This document shows positions 55,869 through 64,000 of a stretch of 64,000 nucleotides of DNA, one piece after another. The translations under genes were made by a program, and so were the position numbers. Each line of letters begins with the position of its first letter. Within the stretch, counting starts at the first letter, position 1. The notes under the pieces were generated by a model. That model had not been told where the DNA came from, ran no database searches, and saw only the letters and a program-made list of their open reading frames with translations. The DNA is from Pirellulaceae bacterium (lineage in GTDB: Bacteria > Planctomycetota > Planctomycetia > Pirellulales > Pirellulaceae), in contig JBGSVE010000007.1 of the NCBI GenBank assembly GCA_041753075.1, positions 19,823-83,822 on the forward strand, written 5' to 3'.

Positions 55869-57650
55869 TCAAAATTTCCAGCGATACTCGAACCGGCTGC
55901 CGTACACATCGCCGTCGTCCTTCCAGCCATACATCGTGTCAAAGCGGATGATCGAGCGATGCGAAATCGCTACTTGATATCGCGTACCCAGTGCGAATTG
56001 ATCGCCGGACACAAATGAACGATTCCCGGTCGTCGTCAGGTAAGACGCCTCGAGCAACCATTGGCTATCGAGATCATCGCCAATCAAATCAACACCCAGC
56101 GAACCACCAGCCGTGTCCGCCGCCGTCGAATCCAGCGTCGGATATCCGTTGAGCCCATCGATCTCGAAATTGATACCCGTGTTTCGCAACACACCGCCGG
56201 ACACACCCGCCCGCGCGACCGATTGCGGACGGTCATAGCCCGCAAACAAATTGAAATACGGCACCACGGTCAAAGGCTCGGCGGTGACGAGGCTATTTTC
56301 AACCAGCAACAATACGCCGTCGGCCGTGCGATCTTGCTTATCAAGATCTTGGCCAGTGTTAACGATCACGCGGACGCTGTTGCTGATCTTGTCAAAGTAT
56401 CGGCGCGTGAAGCTGAACGTTGCGTTATGGTAGCTGCGGCCTAAGTCGTCGCGATCGTTCAAGTACGCGTAGCCGGTTTCGATATAGCCGCCGTACGCAT
56501 CGATGAACCACGCGGTGCCGAAGCCTTGCGCAGCGTGGTTGTCAGTGCCAAACGCCGGACTGTTGATCTGGTCAAAAATCGCAAAGAACGTGGCGTCGAA
56601 GTTAGACCAATTCAGCAGCCGACTGTGCCGCGCGGGAATTGCCACCGCCACACCGCTGACCGCATCTTCGAGCCACACGCCGTTTTGAAAAACCAACGGC
56701 ACCAGCCCCGCGGTGATCGGCACTTCGGCTGGCGACGACGTGCCCGCCGCACCGCCGAGCAACGCGCCGGCATCGCCCTCGAAGAACGCGGTGACCGGGT
56801 TGAGATTGTAAAACGATTGATACTCAAGCTCGTCGTCGACCAACTCGACACGCGAGAATTGATTGGCCCGATTTAGTGGACCAAAGAACGCATGAAAGCG
56901 TTCGGTGGCGGTGATCCGGTAATCAAGGTCCAGGTTCAAACGACTGGCCCAATTGTCAATTCGCCCAAAGTCATTGCGCCCCGAGGCGATGCCGGTACGA
57001 TAATCTCCGTACAAATAGACCTGCTGTTGAACCAAATTCGTTTCGCCCAACCACGTCTCGCTCGGCGGCGTAATTCCGCTGCCGTAAAATCGTCGGCCCC
57101 ATTCGATCAGCGGTCGCTGCGTTGGCACCGCGTGTTTATTGTCATACACGGATTGCTCAGTCGAAGGATCGTGCAACATTGAAGCGGGCGGTAACGGCGT
57201 CGCCGAGAAATCATCGCTGTGTGAATGGGCCATCACGTCCGAAAGCGGTGGCGCGAAGGTGATGGGGTCCGTGATTTCGGGTTCCCAATAACCGACTCGC
57301 TGGACCGACTTGGCGCTGTCGCCGGTTGGTTGACTTGGCAAACTTTGCGGTTGCCAATAATCAAAACTTGGTGATTCAAGCGCAGACGGTGCCATTTCGA
57401 TCATTGGCAACCTCAGTGGCTGCTCGAGCGGCGATGGACCAGGCAAACGGATCGGTCGTCGTTTAGCAATTGGCGCTTGTGCGGTGCCCGAATTATTCGT
57501 CAATGTGCTCGGCAACCGACCCGGCAACGAAGCCTTCGCCATCGATTCCGCAGCGGCGACGTTGACCCCAATCGTCGCCAGCGCAACCGCCATTAAGGCG
57601 ATGATTACATCGCGTCGATAGGCCGGTGAGAATAACGAAGGACAATTCAT
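55869..57650 (-). CDS. Predicted outer-membrane beta-barrel protein
   Basis: 593-aa ORF with a signal peptide (IIALMAVALATIGVNVAAAES). The C-terminal ~400 aa are rich in alternating aromatic/Gly residues, and the protein ends in the OMP-like terminal motif FEYRWKF. It starts 24 nt downstream of the cytochrome gene. Confidence 0.5.
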   Translation of the reverse strand: MNCPSLFSPAYRRDVIIALMAVALATIGVNVAAAESMAKASLPGRLPSTLTNNSGTAQAPIAKRRPIRLPGPSPLEQPLRLPMIEMAPSALESPSFDYWQPQSLPSQPTGDSAKSVQRVGYWEPEITDPITFAPPLSDVMAHSHSDDFSATPLPPASMLHDPSTEQSVYDNKHAVPTQRPLIEWGRRFYGSGITPPSETWLGETNLVQQQVYLYGDYRTGIASGRNDFGRIDNWASRLNLDLDYRITATERFHAFFGPLNRANQFSRVELVDDELEYQSFYNLNPVTAFFEGDAGALLGGAAGTSSPAEVPITAGLVPLVFQNGVWLEDAVSGVAVAIPARHSRLLNWSNFDATFFAIFDQINSPAFGTDNHAAQGFGTAWFIDAYGGYIETGYAYLNDRDDLGRSYHNATFSFTRRYFDKISNSVRVIVNTGQDLDKQDRTADGVLLLVENSLVTAEPLTVVPYFNLFAGYDRPQSVARAGVSGGVLRNTGINFEIDGLNGYPTLDSTAADTAGGSLGVDLIGDDLDSQWLLEASYLTTTGNRSFVSGDQFALGTRYQVAISHRSIIRFDTMYGWKDDGDVYGSRFEYRWKF

Positions 57651-57674
57651 AAAGACTAAGGATCGAACGGAAGA

Positions 57675-59597
57675 TTACTGTCGGACTTTAAACGTGTGCG
57701 AGCTGGTTTCGATATCGATAATGTTTTCGTTCAAACGTCGAATCATCTCCGGCGTCGCCTTGACCAAACGCATGAAATACGGCGGCTCAGGGCGGCTGCG
57801 CAGTCGCACGCTCAGCCGATACAACCCGGGCTTGCACAGCAATTCCGCCGGCACTTTGTAGTGGGCAATCCGGTGGTCCAACGGTGCGATTGAATGCGCT
57901 TCCATACGGATCAGCGGCGGATGATTCAGCACGCTGACCGGTACCGCACCGGGCCGCAAGAACACGAGTTGGTCGAGGCTGAAGTTCAGCGGCACGGCGG
58001 CTTCGCGATCGGTGCCGCGAATGTTGTTGATCAAAAACTTCGTCTGCAGATTGAACAACTGCGCATCGCGATCGAGTCGATGTTTGTTGACTTCGACCGA
58101 TTGCAAATCCGCCAGATCACCGTTGCGATCGAGATATCCGGTTTCCCAAATTCGTTTGCCTTGCGGATCAATCAGCGCGACGTTGAGCCACATTTGCGGT
58201 TGCGCACCCAGCGATCCGGTGGGCAGATTGTGACCCTCGCTGATGTTGGCCACGCGATAGGAAAAGCTCAACGGCGCGACAGTGACGGGCGCGGCGTCGA
58301 AATGCGGACCATCGACGCGTGCCCCCGCGGCCAACGTCAACGTTGCGGCGGCGCGTTTTTCGTCCAGCTTGAGAAGGTTCGCATCAATTACTTTGCGACC
58401 ATCGATTCGGTCATCGCGATGATCCCACGGCGACGGAAACACACAACCCGCGGGCACCGCATCTTCAAACTCCGGCGTTCCCCATCCGGCGCGATAATCA
58501 AACTCAAGCCATTGTCGCGGCGAGTATCGACTCGCGTCCGGGTTATGAGGAAAAACGCCTGGATGGGCGATCGAGTAACCGGGACCCCAAAATAAATGAT
58601 TCGAATGCTTACGTGGCTCGCCGAATGGTTTGTCATTCAACTTCGCCACATGTGCAAATTCGTAACCCGTTGCTTTGCCCGGTTCGGACCCCATGTGACA
58701 TTGTTGGCAAGTGATACCTTTATCATGAGCCGGACCCGATCGATATTGTGCATGAACAATCTCGAGCCAAATCCCGGGATGAACGGCGACTTGGTGGCAT
58801 GAGGCACAAAAGTCGCTCTGCGCAATCGGCTCGAACGGCCCGCAATGTTGGTGCATCGCTTGGCCAGGACCGCTGTCATCGCGGCTGAGTTTCAGTTTGA
58901 GTTCGTTGGCCTGCGAGATTGCGTTGCGAACACCGCTGCCATCGGTCGCACCATAGATTGGTGCATGGATATCGCCCGGCTCGATGCGGCGGTCCCCGTT
59001 GGTTCGTCCAACCGCTTCTTTGATGCGGTGACAAGCGACGCAAGTGATCCCTTCGCGAATGACCGTCGGTGCCTCCAACCATGATGCCGACGGCGGCGTA
59101 CAAAGCTGAGTAGCAACGGGAGCATGGCAGCGAACGCAAAACGATCCCACGGTACCTTGCGTCAAATCTTGCATCGATTGCTCGAAACATTGAAACATTG
59201 GCGACGCACTGGCATAGGCATGACCACTGGACCGCCACTCGTTGTAGTGCGTGGGGTGGCATTTTGCGCACGTCTGCGCCGAGGGATAGACCGCTTCAAG
59301 CTCATCAACGGTGACCTTAGCCGCAGCATCAATCGACAACTTTGGTTCGCGTCGCGGTGTCGGCAGCGGCAGGGCCAGTGCATCAACCTCATCCGCATTG
59401 TTGTCAAGCAATACGTCGCCGACCGAATCACCCAGCAAATCGTCTGCATCAGCCGCAACCACATCAGCCGCAACCGCTGGCAATCGAGTCGGTTTGCCAG
59501 CGTCAAGTCGATCTTGTCCCTGCACCGGAGCTATGACAATGCCAAGTGCGAGCAATATCAGACCGGCGATTGGGTAAGTGATTTTTTGAACTATCAT
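57675..59597 (-). CDS. Pentahaem c-type cytochrome with a large non-haem C-terminal domain
   Basis: Start at the ATG at 59595-59597, giving a signal anchor MIVQKITYPIAGLILLALGIVIAPVQG. It has five CXXCH motifs (CAKCH, CVRCH, CVACH, CASCH, CQQCH). The longer ORF to 59714 runs into the hairpin-repeat region. Confidence 0.8.
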   Translation of the reverse strand: MIVQKITYPIAGLILLALGIVIAPVQGQDRLDAGKPTRLPAVAADVVAADADDLLGDSVGDVLLDNNADEVDALALPLPTPRREPKLSIDAAAKVTVDELEAVYPSAQTCAKCHPTHYNEWRSSGHAYASASPMFQCFEQSMQDLTQGTVGSFCVRCHAPVATQLCTPPSASWLEAPTVIREGITCVACHRIKEAVGRTNGDRRIEPGDIHAPIYGATDGSGVRNAISQANELKLKLSRDDSGPGQAMHQHCGPFEPIAQSDFCASCHQVAVHPGIWLEIVHAQYRSGPAHDKGITCQQCHMGSEPGKATGYEFAHVAKLNDKPFGEPRKHSNHLFWGPGYSIAHPGVFPHNPDASRYSPRQWLEFDYRAGWGTPEFEDAVPAGCVFPSPWDHRDDRIDGRKVIDANLLKLDEKRAAATLTLAAGARVDGPHFDAAPVTVAPLSFSYRVANISEGHNLPTGSLGAQPQMWLNVALIDPQGKRIWETGYLDRNGDLADLQSVEVNKHRLDRDAQLFNLQTKFLINNIRGTDREAAVPLNFSLDQLVFLRPGAVPVSVLNHPPLIRMEAHSIAPLDHRIAHYKVPAELLCKPGLYRLSVRLRSRPEPPYFMRLVKATPEMIRRLNENIIDIETSSHTFKVRQ

Positions 59598-59654
59598 GCG
59601 ACGACTTCGCTTTGCTGGACTAGTGTTCTCGGCAACACTCTGAAGCATTTTTGC

Positions 59655-59808
59655 GGGGCAAAGCCCCATTAGTTTACCTAGCCCAGGCCGACGGCCTGGG
59701 TATCCGTTGAACAACCGATCAGTCGGGCCGTTGGCCCTCTGTATACGTATCGTTTGTGTGATCCGGCCCGTTGGGCCGGGCTAGGTAAATGGGATGGGCC
59801 TTTGGCCC
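59655..59808. repeat. Cluster of GC-rich short hairpins inside a composite palindrome
   Basis: The hairpins are ggggc-aaa-gcccc (59655-59667), cccaggcc-gac-ggcctggg (59682-59700) and gggcc-gtt-ggccc (59725-59737). Two more are ccggccc-gtt-gggccgg (59763-59779) and gggcc-ttt-ggccc (59796-59808). An outer inverted repeat is tttacctagccc (59673-59684) / gggctaggtaaa (59778-59789). Confidence 0.6.
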
Positions 59809-60099
59809 GAAAAACTTCAATTCCTGCGGGATAACACCGCTGAATCAAGATCGACCGTCGCGGACGGTCGTCGGCAGACGAATCGCTGCGAGCCGAATCA
59901 TGCAGATAATCGTCAAGGTCGCGACTTTTGCGGCAGCCTGCAGCCCGCGAATTTGGCGCAAACATTAAAGTCGAGACCGAGAACGACCGCCGACCTGGGA
60001 ACTTGGAGAAACTTTGTGGGAACCGTTGTTATTCGCCTCTGGCGTCACCTAAACTCCCGTGGTGACCTACTTATCAACAAATGTCCGCGAGCTTCTCCC

Positions 60100-60609
60100 A
60101 TGCGTCACGCCAAATCCAACGAACACGATCCGCATTTCTTTCGTTGCCCCGTGCAAGAAGAAGACTCCGTAGCGACGATTGTGATTCTTGGCAAAAAAGT
60201 CCCAGCCAAGTTGCAGGACAAATCGATCGACGGATTCTCAGTGCTCGTCGAGCCGAAACACGTTCGCAAGTTACAAGTCGGACCGCGTTGGATTTTGCAT
60301 TCGGGAAATGAAGTCACCGAAGTCTGGGCCCAGTGGATGTTCAACGCTCCGGACGGTCGTGTGCAACTTGGCCTGCGCCGACTGCAAGACTTGACGCCCC
60401 AGCCTAAGGCGCCGTGGTTCCCGCGTATTGGTGCGTACCGACGGCACAGCGGCAACCCCGAATTGATGATTGCCGGTTTGATAATGTTTGGCTTTTTAAC
60501 GTTGTCATTGCCCGGCCTTGGCGACAAGTTGGGCACCGCCGGAATGATTCAAAGCGGACTCGCCGAAGTGTGCAAGTTGGTTTGCGAAAGCGTCGGTCAA
60601 TACTGGTAA
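60100..60609 (+). CDS. Small protein with a degenerate PilZ-like N-terminal domain and a C-terminal TM segment
   Basis: 169-aa product from the ATG at 60100. A DxSxxG-like motif (DKSIDGF) is present, but the RxxxR half of the PilZ signature is not evident. The TM segment is LMIAGLIMFGFLTLSLPGL. The family call is tentative. Confidence 0.4.
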   Translation: MRHAKSNEHDPHFFRCPVQEEDSVATIVILGKKVPAKLQDKSIDGFSVLVEPKHVRKLQVGPRWILHSGNEVTEVWAQWMFNAPDGRVQLGLRRLQDLTPQPKAPWFPRIGAYRRHSGNPELMIAGLIMFGFLTLSLPGLGDKLGTAGMIQSGLAEVCKLVCESVGQYW

Positions 60610-60627
60610 TCGCGCCCCACAAAAAAA

Positions 60628-60654
60628 CCTCTGGCACGCCGAGCGCGCCAGAGG
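60628..60654. terminator. Hairpin terminator between convergent genes
   Basis: Stem cctctggc (60628-60635) / gccagagg (60647-60654), preceded by an A7 run. A second palindrome, gtcactga/tcagtgac, lies at 60670-60687. Confidence 0.45.
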
Positions 60655-60689
60655 TCAGATTGGTAGCATGTCACTGAACTCAGTGACGC

Positions 60690-61937
60690 TTAGAACTCAG
60701 ACTTCAGCACTTCTTTGCTGCCGCGAGTTCCCAACGATCCCCATAGTCCGAACGGACTTTGGGAGCCTGGTGGTAACGCAGTGGCCAGGTTGAAGTGAAC
60801 CGTGGGGCTATTTTGATTGCCCGATTCGATCGAATCGGTAATGAACTTCACCGCACCGTCAGCCATGATCACGTGGCAACCGCCTTGGTGGCGACTGCTG
60901 GGCGGCAGATAGCCAGTCGAGGCATCACCGCCGCCGAAACAGATTTCACGGTTGGGAGCCAAGATCGTGTTAAAGCCGGTATACAACGGCGCACCGTCGG
61001 CCCAGCGGTAACCACGATATTGGTTGGCGTTGACGCCCGGCAATGTCGGCGCTGTGCAACCGGTCCCGCCGGCCGTGGGACACCAGAACCGCGGACGCAA
61101 TGGATCGATCTGCATCTTCGATTGGCACAACTGTGGCATCGTATGAACATCGGCCCACGGTTGATTCGTAATCGACGGTGCCGTCGACTTGTCACGATCA
61201 CCAAGGTCCGACGAAGCTTCGCCAGCCATAATCGTGTTGGCGGTGCCGTCAAGCACGTCGCGCAAACCAAGTTGCATTCGCGAAACAAACACACCCCGGC
61301 AGGATGCGCGGGCACGTTGTGAATTGTCCGGCCAATTCATGTTCATACCGTTCCACTGCGAGCCGCCCTCGTTGACCCAGTCGGTCGTATCACCAAGGCA
61401 GGCGACATAGTTGGTTCGCCCCAAAGCTGGCAAGCCAACGCCCGGGTCGCTGGGACAACGGAACGTCGAAACGTCCGTCACCCATGGAGCATAATCCGTG
61501 GTCCAAGGTGCTGGACCCATTGCTGCCCAGAATTGGCCCGCAGGCAACTGAGTGCCGTTCGCCTTGAACGCGTAAGGACTACTGATTTGCTCCCACAGCG
61601 CTTGTTGCTCGACGAATGGCGTCAGGCCAGCTAGAAAGCTCAACCGGCGGCGGTTGTTGCTTGGGTTCGCCCCGGCACCGACCGCCATTGTTCCACCCGC
61701 ATTTGCATTCAACTCATACGTGCCCTGATTTTGATAGGGCAACTTGTTGTAGGCCGCATGATAGTTATGCAGGCCCAAACCGATTTGTTTCATGTTATTG
61801 CCACAGCTCATGCGGCGAGCCGCTTCGCGAGCCGCTTGGACGGCGGGCAATAACAATCCGACCATCACACCAATAATGGCGATGACGACAAGCAGTTCCA
61901 CCAACGTGAAACCACGACGAGACGAAGATCTTTGCAT
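60690..61937 (-). CDS. DUF1559 protein with prepilin-type N-terminal cleavage/methylation domain (H-X9-DG family)
   Basis: 415-aa ORF. The N-terminus is [36 protein letters not shown] and the C-terminal H-X9-DG motif is [12 protein letters not shown]. This type is a hallmark of Planctomycetota. Confidence 0.9.
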   Translation of the reverse strand: MQRSSSRRGFTLVELLVVIAIIGVMVGLLLPAVQAAREAARRMSCGNNMKQIGLGLHNYHAAYNKLPYQNQGTYELNANAGGTMAVGAGANPSNNRRRLSFLAGLTPFVEQQALWEQISSPYAFKANGTQLPAGQFWAAMGPAPWTTDYAPWVTDVSTFRCPSDPGVGLPALGRTNYVACLGDTTDWVNEGGSQWNGMNMNWPDNSQRARASCRGVFVSRMQLGLRDVLDGTANTIMAGEASSDLGDRDKSTAPSITNQPWADVHTMPQLCQSKMQIDPLRPRFWCPTAGGTGCTAPTLPGVNANQYRGYRWADGAPLYTGFNTILAPNREICFGGGDASTGYLPPSSRHQGGCHVIMADGAVKFITDSIESGNQNSPTVHFNLATALPPGSQSPFGLWGSLGTRGSKEVLKSEF

Positions 61938-62094
61938 TCACAAACTCCTCGAAAAAGGCTTAAAACTAGACTTAGCGTGGAGAAATCCTCCGCTAACTAC
62001 CGAACATAGTGATTTCTCGCCCAGATAGCCAATTTATTCTGGAAAAAAGCGATTTTATCCAGAACTTTTTTTGAGTACGCCGCTGAACAACGAC

Positions 62095-63390
62095 TTATCC
62101 GAGATTGAATGCTGCTCTTAGTTCGTCGATAACGGCGTTGGGCATCACCGAAATTTCGCCAACCGATCGCGCGTTGATGACGGCTTCGGCGGTCGACTCA
62201 AGCACTTCCAAACGGTCGAAGGCATCAAGCACGCTGCGTCCGGTCACCACGACTCCATCGCTATCGAGCATCGCGGCCGGAAATTTTTCGGAGACGTAGT
62301 CCGCGATCTGTCCGTCGTCTCGGTATTGAGTTCCGTACGGCACTCGCTTGACGTCACGTAGAAAAACGTAGCTTTCAGGAATCGTGCGAACATCGAATGG
62401 TGAGTCGGTGACGCTCATCGCAGTCGCGTTCACTGGGTGTGCAAACACGATCGCTTGGACGCCAGGATGTTTGTCGTAAATCGCTTGGTGAGCAACGGCG
62501 GCGCGGCTGGCCAGCTTACCTCGCTCGCGAGCTTGCGATTTCACCAGCACAAAATCATCAACTCGCAACCGCTCGCGATCCTGACGCGTCGGCGTGATCA
62601 AGAATGCGTCGTCACCGAGCCGCGCCGAAAAGCTGCCTTCGGTACTGATCAGCAACCGTTGGCGGCAACCTCGGCGGATGAACTCACAGAGCTGACGTCG
62701 CAGTTCGCGTTCCTCGGAGGTCGCCGTTGGCGGGTCAAATGATTCATAGTCAATACTGCGATCCGCTGCCAATCGAAGTTGGTCGTCGTCGAGGAACCGC
62801 ACTTTGCCAACTTGATTCGCTTTAATGAGAGTCTTGCCGGCAAACTCGAAGGCTTCAAATCGTTCGAAGGCATGAGCGAGTGACTCGCCGCCAACGACCA
62901 CACCGTGATTTTCCAGGATGACGCTGTCACACGCCTGAGCAAACGTGGCCGCAATGCTGGCTCCCAAAGCTTCGCTGCCTGGGCACGCGTAAGGAGCGAA
63001 GCCGGTTTTTCCGCAGACCGAATGTGCTTGATGGAACAGTCGTGTGTTGGGCGTCTGGCGACAAATGCTGAACGCGACCAAGGCAACTGGATGCGCATGG
63101 ACGATCGCCTTGATGTCGGGACGTGCGGCGTAGATCGCTTTATGAAATGGAAATTCGGATGATGGCGGATGGCGACCATCAACGCTTCCATCGGTGCGAA
63201 CGCAGACGATGTCGTTTCGCGTCAAACTTCCTTTGTCAACACGAGCCGGCGATATCCAAATATCGCCCGCTTCGTCGCGGATCGACAAGTTGCCGCCGGA
63301 CGTGGTCGTCATGCGATAACGATAGATGCGATCCATCGTTTGCATGATTTCATCGCGTGGATGAAGTAAGCTTCGCACAGCACTCATCAA
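62095..63390 (-). CDS. Tandem class II aldolase/adducin-domain protein
   Basis: 431-aa ORF with two aldolase_II-like halves. The first has [11 protein letters not shown]...[11 protein letters not shown]...IVHAHP. The second has [13 protein letters not shown]...[20 protein letters not shown]. Confidence 0.8.
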   Translation of the reverse strand: MMSAVRSLLHPRDEIMQTMDRIYRYRMTTTSGGNLSIRDEAGDIWISPARVDKGSLTRNDIVCVRTDGSVDGRHPPSSEFPFHKAIYAARPDIKAIVHAHPVALVAFSICRQTPNTRLFHQAHSVCGKTGFAPYACPGSEALGASIAATFAQACDSVILENHGVVVGGESLAHAFERFEAFEFAGKTLIKANQVGKVRFLDDDQLRLAADRSIDYESFDPPTATSEERELRRQLCEFIRRGCRQRLLISTEGSFSARLGDDAFLITPTRQDRERLRVDDFVLVKSQARERGKLASRAAVAHQAIYDKHPGVQAIVFAHPVNATAMSVTDSPFDVRTIPESYVFLRDVKRVPYGTQYRDDGQIADYVSEKFPAAMLDSDGVVVTGRSVLDAFDRLEVLESTAEAVINARSVGEISVMPNAVIDELRAAFNLG

Positions 63391-63399
63391 ATCATTTCT

Positions 63400-64000
63400 C
63401 TACAGTGGCCGCACGACGGACGTGCTGCGGTAGTAATCCATCAAAGTTTCAATCGATAGGACGCCACCGCCCAGCCCGCTCTTGTTGACGCCACCGTACG
63501 GAACGCCATGTGCAAACACGTTGTGTGCGTTGATCCAACTATTGCCGGCAATCATCGCTTCACCGACTCGTGCCGCACGCACGTTGTCGCTGGTCCAAAC
63601 ACTGTTCGCCAAACCGTACTGCGTGTCGTTGGCCATCGCGATCGCTTCTGCTTCGGTCTCGAACTTTGCCAGAAACGCGACGGGGCCAAAGATCTCCTCG
63701 CGAGCTGCAACGTTGTCAAGCGAGCCGGCCATCAGCGCTGGCTTGACATAGTTGCCTTCGTAGCCATCGACGGTTGCCGGCCCGCCGCCAAAGAGTATTT
63801 CCGCTCCGTCGGCTTTGCCTTTCTCTTGGTATCCAAGCACTCGACTGCATTGCTTCGGATTGACGACGGGGCCCATATCGCTGTTGGGGTCCAGTGGATG
63901 GCCGATGCGGACCTTCTTCATCTGTTCGACGCAGTGACCGACAAACTCGTCATAGATGTTTTCCTGGATCAACCACCTCGTGGCGTCACAACAAACCTGC
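63400..64000 (-). CDS. NAD(P)-dependent aldehyde dehydrogenase (5'-truncated by the window edge)
   Basis: C-terminal ALDH motifs are EEIFGPV, ANDTQYGLANSVWT and PYGGVNKSGLG. The reading frame continues upstream of the tracked start to the window end, encoding the catalytic-Cys motif QVCCDATR. Confidence 0.85.
   Translation of the reverse strand, partial: QVCCDATRWLIQENIYDEFVGHCVEQMKKVRIGHPLDPNSDMGPVVNPKQCSRVLGYQEKGKADGAEILFGGGPATVDGYEGNYVKPALMAGSLDNVAAREEIFGPVAFLAKFETEAEAIAMANDTQYGLANSVWTSDNVRAARVGEAMIAGNSWINAHNVFAHGVPYGGVNKSGLGGGVLSIETLMDYYRSTSVVRPL

Noticed and set aside
59794-60099. 102-aa N-terminal extension of the PilZ-like ORF, and the 59598-59714 extension of the cytochrome ORF
   Set aside because: Both run through the hairpin-repeat cluster and encode Arg/Gly/Pro-rich sequence. 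The internal ATGs give a sensible N-terminus for the small protein and a signal anchor for the cytochrome.
62051-62082. Hairpin ttctgga...tccagaa followed by a T-run, considered as a rho-independent terminator
   Set aside because: The T-run follows the stem only on the plus strand, whereas both flanking genes are on the minus strand. On the minus strand the stem has no trailing U-tract, so the function is unclear.
1-64000. Search by eye for tRNA, rRNA, CRISPR repeats, integrase, transposase or phage genes
   Set aside because: None recognised. Intergenic regions are short apart from 1746-2090, 41222-41850, 48227-48606 and 59598-60099. None shows cloverleaf-like or array-like structure. This remains a visual assessment only.

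Overview
This is a GC-rich bacterial chromosomal segment, densely coded on both strands. I support about 45 protein-coding genes and saw no rRNA, tRNA, CRISPR array, transposase or integrase. The gene content suggests Planctomycetota (Pirellulaceae-like), which is inference only. It includes a prepilin-type DUF1559 protein with an H-X9-DG motif, two PEP-CTERM proteins, a formylglycine-type sulfatase and multihaem cytochromes. It also includes a giant secreted protein with a basic N-terminus plus an LExRxLxA motif and cadherin/dockerin modules. Housekeeping or recognisable genes include rhaA, glnS, ltaE, bpt, an agmatine deiminase-like gene, an NtrC-type regulator, a TrhO-RluA fusion and a partial aldehyde dehydrogenase. 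The main find is a 13.3-kb minus-strand gene set (12437-25735). In order it encodes a DUF4132-like protein, a 1683-aa protein with no recognisable domain and a MoxR-type AAA+ ATPase. These are followed by a 1210-aa fusion (TraB/TIKI-like N-terminus, long middle region, vWA/MIDAS C-terminus) and a SWIM zinc-finger protein. From memory, the domain set and order match the functionally uncharacterised E. coli yehI-yehQ cluster. Here the set is rearranged, carries an internal REP-like palindrome, and is interrupted by an AT-richer opposite-strand two-gene cassette (small protein plus retropepsin-like aspartic protease). Other notable items are an 8-kb gene fusing several phosphoesterase modules, a sulfatase/rhamnose regulon with a non-canonical permease, and a pentahaem cytochrome/beta-barrel pair. 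There is also a three-copy palindromic repeat family and a cluster of GGGCC-NNN-GGCCC hairpins. All family calls rest on motifs I recognise by eye; no searches were run.
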